Assembly: GCA_963923955.1 (NCBI GenBank)
Contig: OZ000552.1
Location: forward strand, 1,542,061 to 1,606,060
Reading direction: 5' to 3'
Length of the DNA: 64,000 bases
Origin: Gammaproteobacteria bacterium
GTDB lineage: Bacteria > Pseudomonadota > Gammaproteobacteria > Eutrophobiales > Eutrophobiaceae
Of this stretch, positions 60,978-64,000 are shown piece by piece. Both the position numbers and the translations under genes were made by a program. Each line of letters begins with the position of its first letter. Within the stretch, counting starts at the first letter, position 1. The notes under the pieces are model-generated. The model had not been told where the DNA came from and did not search any database. It was given only the letters and a program-made list of their open reading frames with translations.

Positions 60978-62111
60978 ATGAAATTTACCTATTTAATTTT
61001 TTACGCTTTTCTTTCGCTGGCCTGCGCTGTCCTTGCAGAGGAAGCCGGTTCTGCCGGGCAGTTGGTAGAGGTGGAAGTTGTTGCAGAGGGCCTGGAGCAT
61101 CCTTGGGGCATGGCCTTTTTGCCGAATAAGGACATCCTGGTGACGGAGCGTGCCGGGCGCTTACGGCTGATACGCGATGGGAAATTGCTTGAGGAGCCGA
61201 TAACCGGTCTGCCTGCGATCCGGGAAAAAGGACAAGGCGGATTGCTCGGCATCGCCCTGCATCCTGCGTTTCACGAAAACGGCTGGGTGTATCTGGCGTA
61301 TGTCAAGGAAGGTGAGGACGGGTTCGGCACCGAAGTGTTGCGTGGAAAATTACAGGGCCGTGCCTTGACCGAGACGGAGGTAATATTCCGGGCCTTGCCC
61401 AAGTCCGGCGGCGGACGACACTTCGGCGCACGGCTGGTCTTTGCCGCGGACGGCAGGCTCTTTGTGGGATTAGGCGATCGAGGCAAGCGAGACACGGCGC
61501 AAGACTTATCGGATCACCGCGGGGTGTTGATCCGGATAGAGGATGACGGCGGCATCCCGGCAGACAATCCCTTCATCAAACGCTCGGCTTCAGTCCGGCC
61601 GGAGATCTATACCTACGGCAATCGCAATATCCAGGGCATGGCCTTGCATGCTGAGACCGGATTGCTGTGGACGCACGAACACGGCCCGCAAGGCGGGGAT
61701 GAGCTCAACATCATGCGCCCCGGGCGTAACTATGGCTGGCCGGTCATTACCTATGGCGTGAATTATGGCTTTGGCACACAGATAGGCGAAGGCACACACA
61801 AGCAGGGCATGGAGCAGCCGCTGCATGTCTGGGTGCCGTCTATTGCGCCTTCGGGCATGGCCTTTTATAGCGCGGACAAGTTTCCGCAGTGGCAGGGCGA
61901 TCTCTTTGTCGGCTCCTTGAAGTTTGGCCAGTTGGTGCGCCTGCAACTGCAAGGTGAAAAGGTGGTTAATGAAGAGAGGCTATTGAATAATCGCTACGGG
62001 CGCATCCGTGATGTCGTACAAGGCCCGGATGGCTATCTCTATGTATTAACCGATGAGGAAAACGGCATGCTGCTGAAGATCAGTCCGGTGACCGCCGCCC
62101 AGCATGAGTGA
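60978..62111 (+). CDS. PQQ-dependent sugar dehydrogenase (soluble glucose/sorbosone dehydrogenase family), secreted
   Basis: ORF 60930..62111. Start trimmed to [17 protein letters not shown] (signal peptide). Beta-propeller motifs [27 protein letters not shown]. Confidence 0.8.
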   Translation: MKFTYLIFYAFLSLACAVLAEEAGSAGQLVEVEVVAEGLEHPWGMAFLPNKDILVTERAGRLRLIRDGKLLEEPITGLPAIREKGQGGLLGIALHPAFHENGWVYLAYVKEGEDGFGTEVLRGKLQGRALTETEVIFRALPKSGGGRHFGARLVFAADGRLFVGLGDRGKRDTAQDLSDHRGVLIRIEDDGGIPADNPFIKRSASVRPEIYTYGNRNIQGMALHAETGLLWTHEHGPQGGDELNIMRPGRNYGWPVITYGVNYGFGTQIGEGTHKQGMEQPLHVWVPSIAPSGMAFYSADKFPQWQGDLFVGSLKFGQLVRLQLQGEKVVNEERLLNNRYGRIRDVVQGPDGYLYVLTDEENGMLLKISPVTAAQHE

Positions 62112-64000
62112 TTCCATCACTTTCAACTTTGAACAAAACGAGCAGCGCCCCCTGCATGAGTTCAGCGAGCAGGCCTACCTGGATTATTCCATGTATGTCA
62201 TCCTGGACCGCGCCCTGCCGCATATCGGCGATGGCTTAAAGCCGGTACAGCGTCGGATCATCTACGCCATGTCTGAGCTTGGCCTAAAGGCCACGGCGAA
62301 ATACAAAAAATCCGCCCGCACGGTCGGGGATGTGATCGGCAAGTTTCATCCGCATGGTGATGCTGCCTGCTATGAGGCCATGGTACTGATGGCGCAGGCG
62401 TTCAGCTATCGCTATCCGTTGGTGGATGGGCAGGGCAACTGGGGCTCGATGGATGATCCGAAATCCTTCGCCGCCATGCGCTATACGGAATCGAAGCTGA
62501 CCGCCTATGCCGAGGTGTTGTTGTCTGAATCGGCACAGGGCACGGTGGACTGGCTGCCGAATTTTGACGGCACCTTGAGCGAGCCGAAGCTGCTGCCGGC
62601 GCGCCTGCCCAATGTCCTACTAAACGGCACCACCGGCATCGCCGTTGGCATGGCCACCGACATCCCGCCGCATAACCTGCGTGAAGTGGCCACTGCCTGC
62701 ATCCGCCTGTTGGACGCCCCGTCCACCAGCTTGCGGGAATTGTGTGAGCACATAAAAGGCCCGGACTTTCCCACAGCAGCGGAGATCATCACCCCGCCGG
62801 CAGAGATCCTGCAGATTTATGAAAGCGGGAACGGCTCGATTAAGATGCGTGCCTTGTGGGAGAAGGAAGCCGGCAACATCGTCATCACCGCCCTGCCGCA
62901 CCAATGTTCCGGCAACAAGGTGCTGGAGCAGATCGCCGCGCAGATGCAGGCGAAGAAGCTGCCCATGCTGGAAGACCTGCGCGATGAATCCGATCATGAG
63001 AACCCCACCCGCCTGCTGCTGATGCCGCGTTCCAACCGGGTCGATACTGATGCCCTGATGTCGCATCTGTTTGCCACCACAGATCTGGAGAAGAATTACC
63101 GCGTCAACCTGAACATGATCGGCATTGAAGGACGGCCGCAGGTGAAGAACCTCAAAGGGATCATCCAGGAATGGCTTAAATACCGCATCGAAACCGTCCG
63201 GCGGCGGCTTACATTTCGACTGGACAAGGTGGAGCAGCAGCTGCATCTGCTCGAAGGGCTGTTGATCGCGTACCTCAATATTGATGAAGTGATCGCCATC
63301 ATTCGGCGGGAAGACAAGCCGCAGGCGGTCTTGATGCAACGCTTTCAATTATCCGCCGAGCAGGCTGATGCGATCCTGGAATTAAAACTGCGCAGATTGG
63401 CTAAATTGGAAGAGATAAAAATAAGCGGGGAACTGGATGAACTAAAACAAGAGCGGCGATCGCTTAAGAAAATCCTGGCTTCCAGGCAACGCCTGAAGAC
63501 GCTCGTTAAAAAAGAGATCACTGCGGACGCCGACACCTATGGCGATGCGCGCTGCTCGCCGCTGGTTGAAAGAGCAGAGGCGCGGGCGATCAGTGAGACC
63601 GAGCTCATCCCCACCGAGCCGGTTACGGTCATCCTCTCGGAAAAGGGCTGGATCCGTGCGGCGAAGGGACATGAGCTGGACCCGGAGACAGTCAACTACC
63701 GCGCTGGCGATGGCTTCAAGCATGCGGGCAAGGCGCGCAGCAATCAGCTGGTCGTCTTTTTAGACTCCACCGGGCGCTGCTATTGCCTGCCGGCGCATTC
63801 CCTGCCATCCGCGCGCGGCAACGGCGAGCCTATTTCCAGCCGCGTCACGCCGCCGGATGGCGCAACCTTCGCCGGCGTGATGACCGGCAATGCAGATGCC
63901 GTGTATTTCCTCGCCAGCGATGCCGGCTATGGCTTTATGGTCAGGATGCAAGCCATGTTCACCAAGAACAAAAACGGCAAGAGCGTCCTGAACGTGCCCA
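62104..64000 (+). CDS. parC: DNA topoisomerase IV subunit A (partial; C-terminus beyond the window)
   Basis: ATG at 62104. Reads [56 protein letters not shown]... Absent from the ORF track because there is no stop within the window. Confidence 0.85.
   Translation, partial: MSDSITFNFEQNEQRPLHEFSEQAYLDYSMYVILDRALPHIGDGLKPVQRRIIYAMSELGLKATAKYKKSARTVGDVIGKFHPHGDAACYEAMVLMAQAFSYRYPLVDGQGNWGSMDDPKSFAAMRYTESKLTAYAEVLLSESAQGTVDWLPNFDGTLSEPKLLPARLPNVLLNGTTGIAVGMATDIPPHNLREVATACIRLLDAPSTSLRELCEHIKGPDFPTAAEIITPPAEILQIYESGNGSIKMRALWEKEAGNIVITALPHQCSGNKVLEQIAAQMQAKKLPMLEDLRDESDHENPTRLLLMPRSNRVDTDALMSHLFATTDLEKNYRVNLNMIGIEGRPQVKNLKGIIQEWLKYRIETVRRRLTFRLDKVEQQLHLLEGLLIAYLNIDEVIAIIRREDKPQAVLMQRFQLSAEQADAILELKLRRLAKLEEIKISGELDELKQERRSLKKILASRQRLKTLVKKEITADADTYGDARCSPLVERAEARAISETELIPTEPVTVILSEKGWIRAAKGHELDPETVNYRAGDGFKHAGKARSNQLVVFLDSTGRCYCLPAHSLPSARGNGEPISSRVTPPDGATFAGVMTGNADAVYFLASDAGYGFMVRMQAMFTKNKNGKSVLNVP

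Noticed and set aside
62620-63348. 242-aa minus-strand ORF
   Set aside because: Antisense to parC.

Overview
This 64 kb window reads as a chromosomal segment from a high-GC (~58-62%) Gram-negative proteobacterium; a clear MutH homolog, which implies Dam-directed mismatch repair, argues for a gammaproteobacterial-type genome. Most of the window is housekeeping coding sequence. On the minus strand (5-24 kb) sits a conserved array: rpsB-tsf-pyrH-frr-uppS-cdsA-dxr-rseP-bamA-skp-lpxD-fabZ-lpxA-lpxB-rnhB-dnaE-accA-tilS. On the plus strand follow map-glnD-mutH-dusA-fkpA-prc, then HDAC-family, mtaB and pabB. Next comes kdsB-trm112-lpxK-exbD-exbB, then an Lpp-like lipoprotein, an HNH nuclease, mazG, an S9 peptidase, a very large TonB-dependent receptor, folE2-ispA-xseB, a rubrerythrin/CCG Fe-S/DUF3501 triad, parE, a PQQ-dependent sugar dehydrogenase and the start of parC. 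One tRNA-Thr(UGU) lies near the 5' end.

Several unusual features sit outside this backbone.
- A signal-peptide/vWA/TM/FHA gene, translationally coupled to an L,D-transpeptidase, is broken by two in-frame stops (TAA, then TAG) exactly inside the vWA and FHA domains.
- At least seven intergenic clusters carry neisserial-type dRS3-like palindromes (ATTCC[C/T]-N8-[A/G]GGAAT) and longer composite palindromic modules.
- A 13-nt poly-G/C tract lies inside the 5' coding region of the 1154-aa TonB-dependent receptor, with a second 9-nt poly-G tract in its promoter region; these are classic slipped-strand phase-variation candidates.
- The terminal codons and stop of that receptor gene are tandemly triplicated.
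- A repeat-flanked small membrane-anchored coiled-coil protein is built from ~33-bp tandem repeats.
- rpsB carries a ~250-aa C-terminal extension, comprising an A/P/E-rich linker with 30-bp tandem repeats and an extra globular-looking domain, that runs directly into the tsf ribosome-binding site.

No CRISPR array, integrase or transposase was seen.
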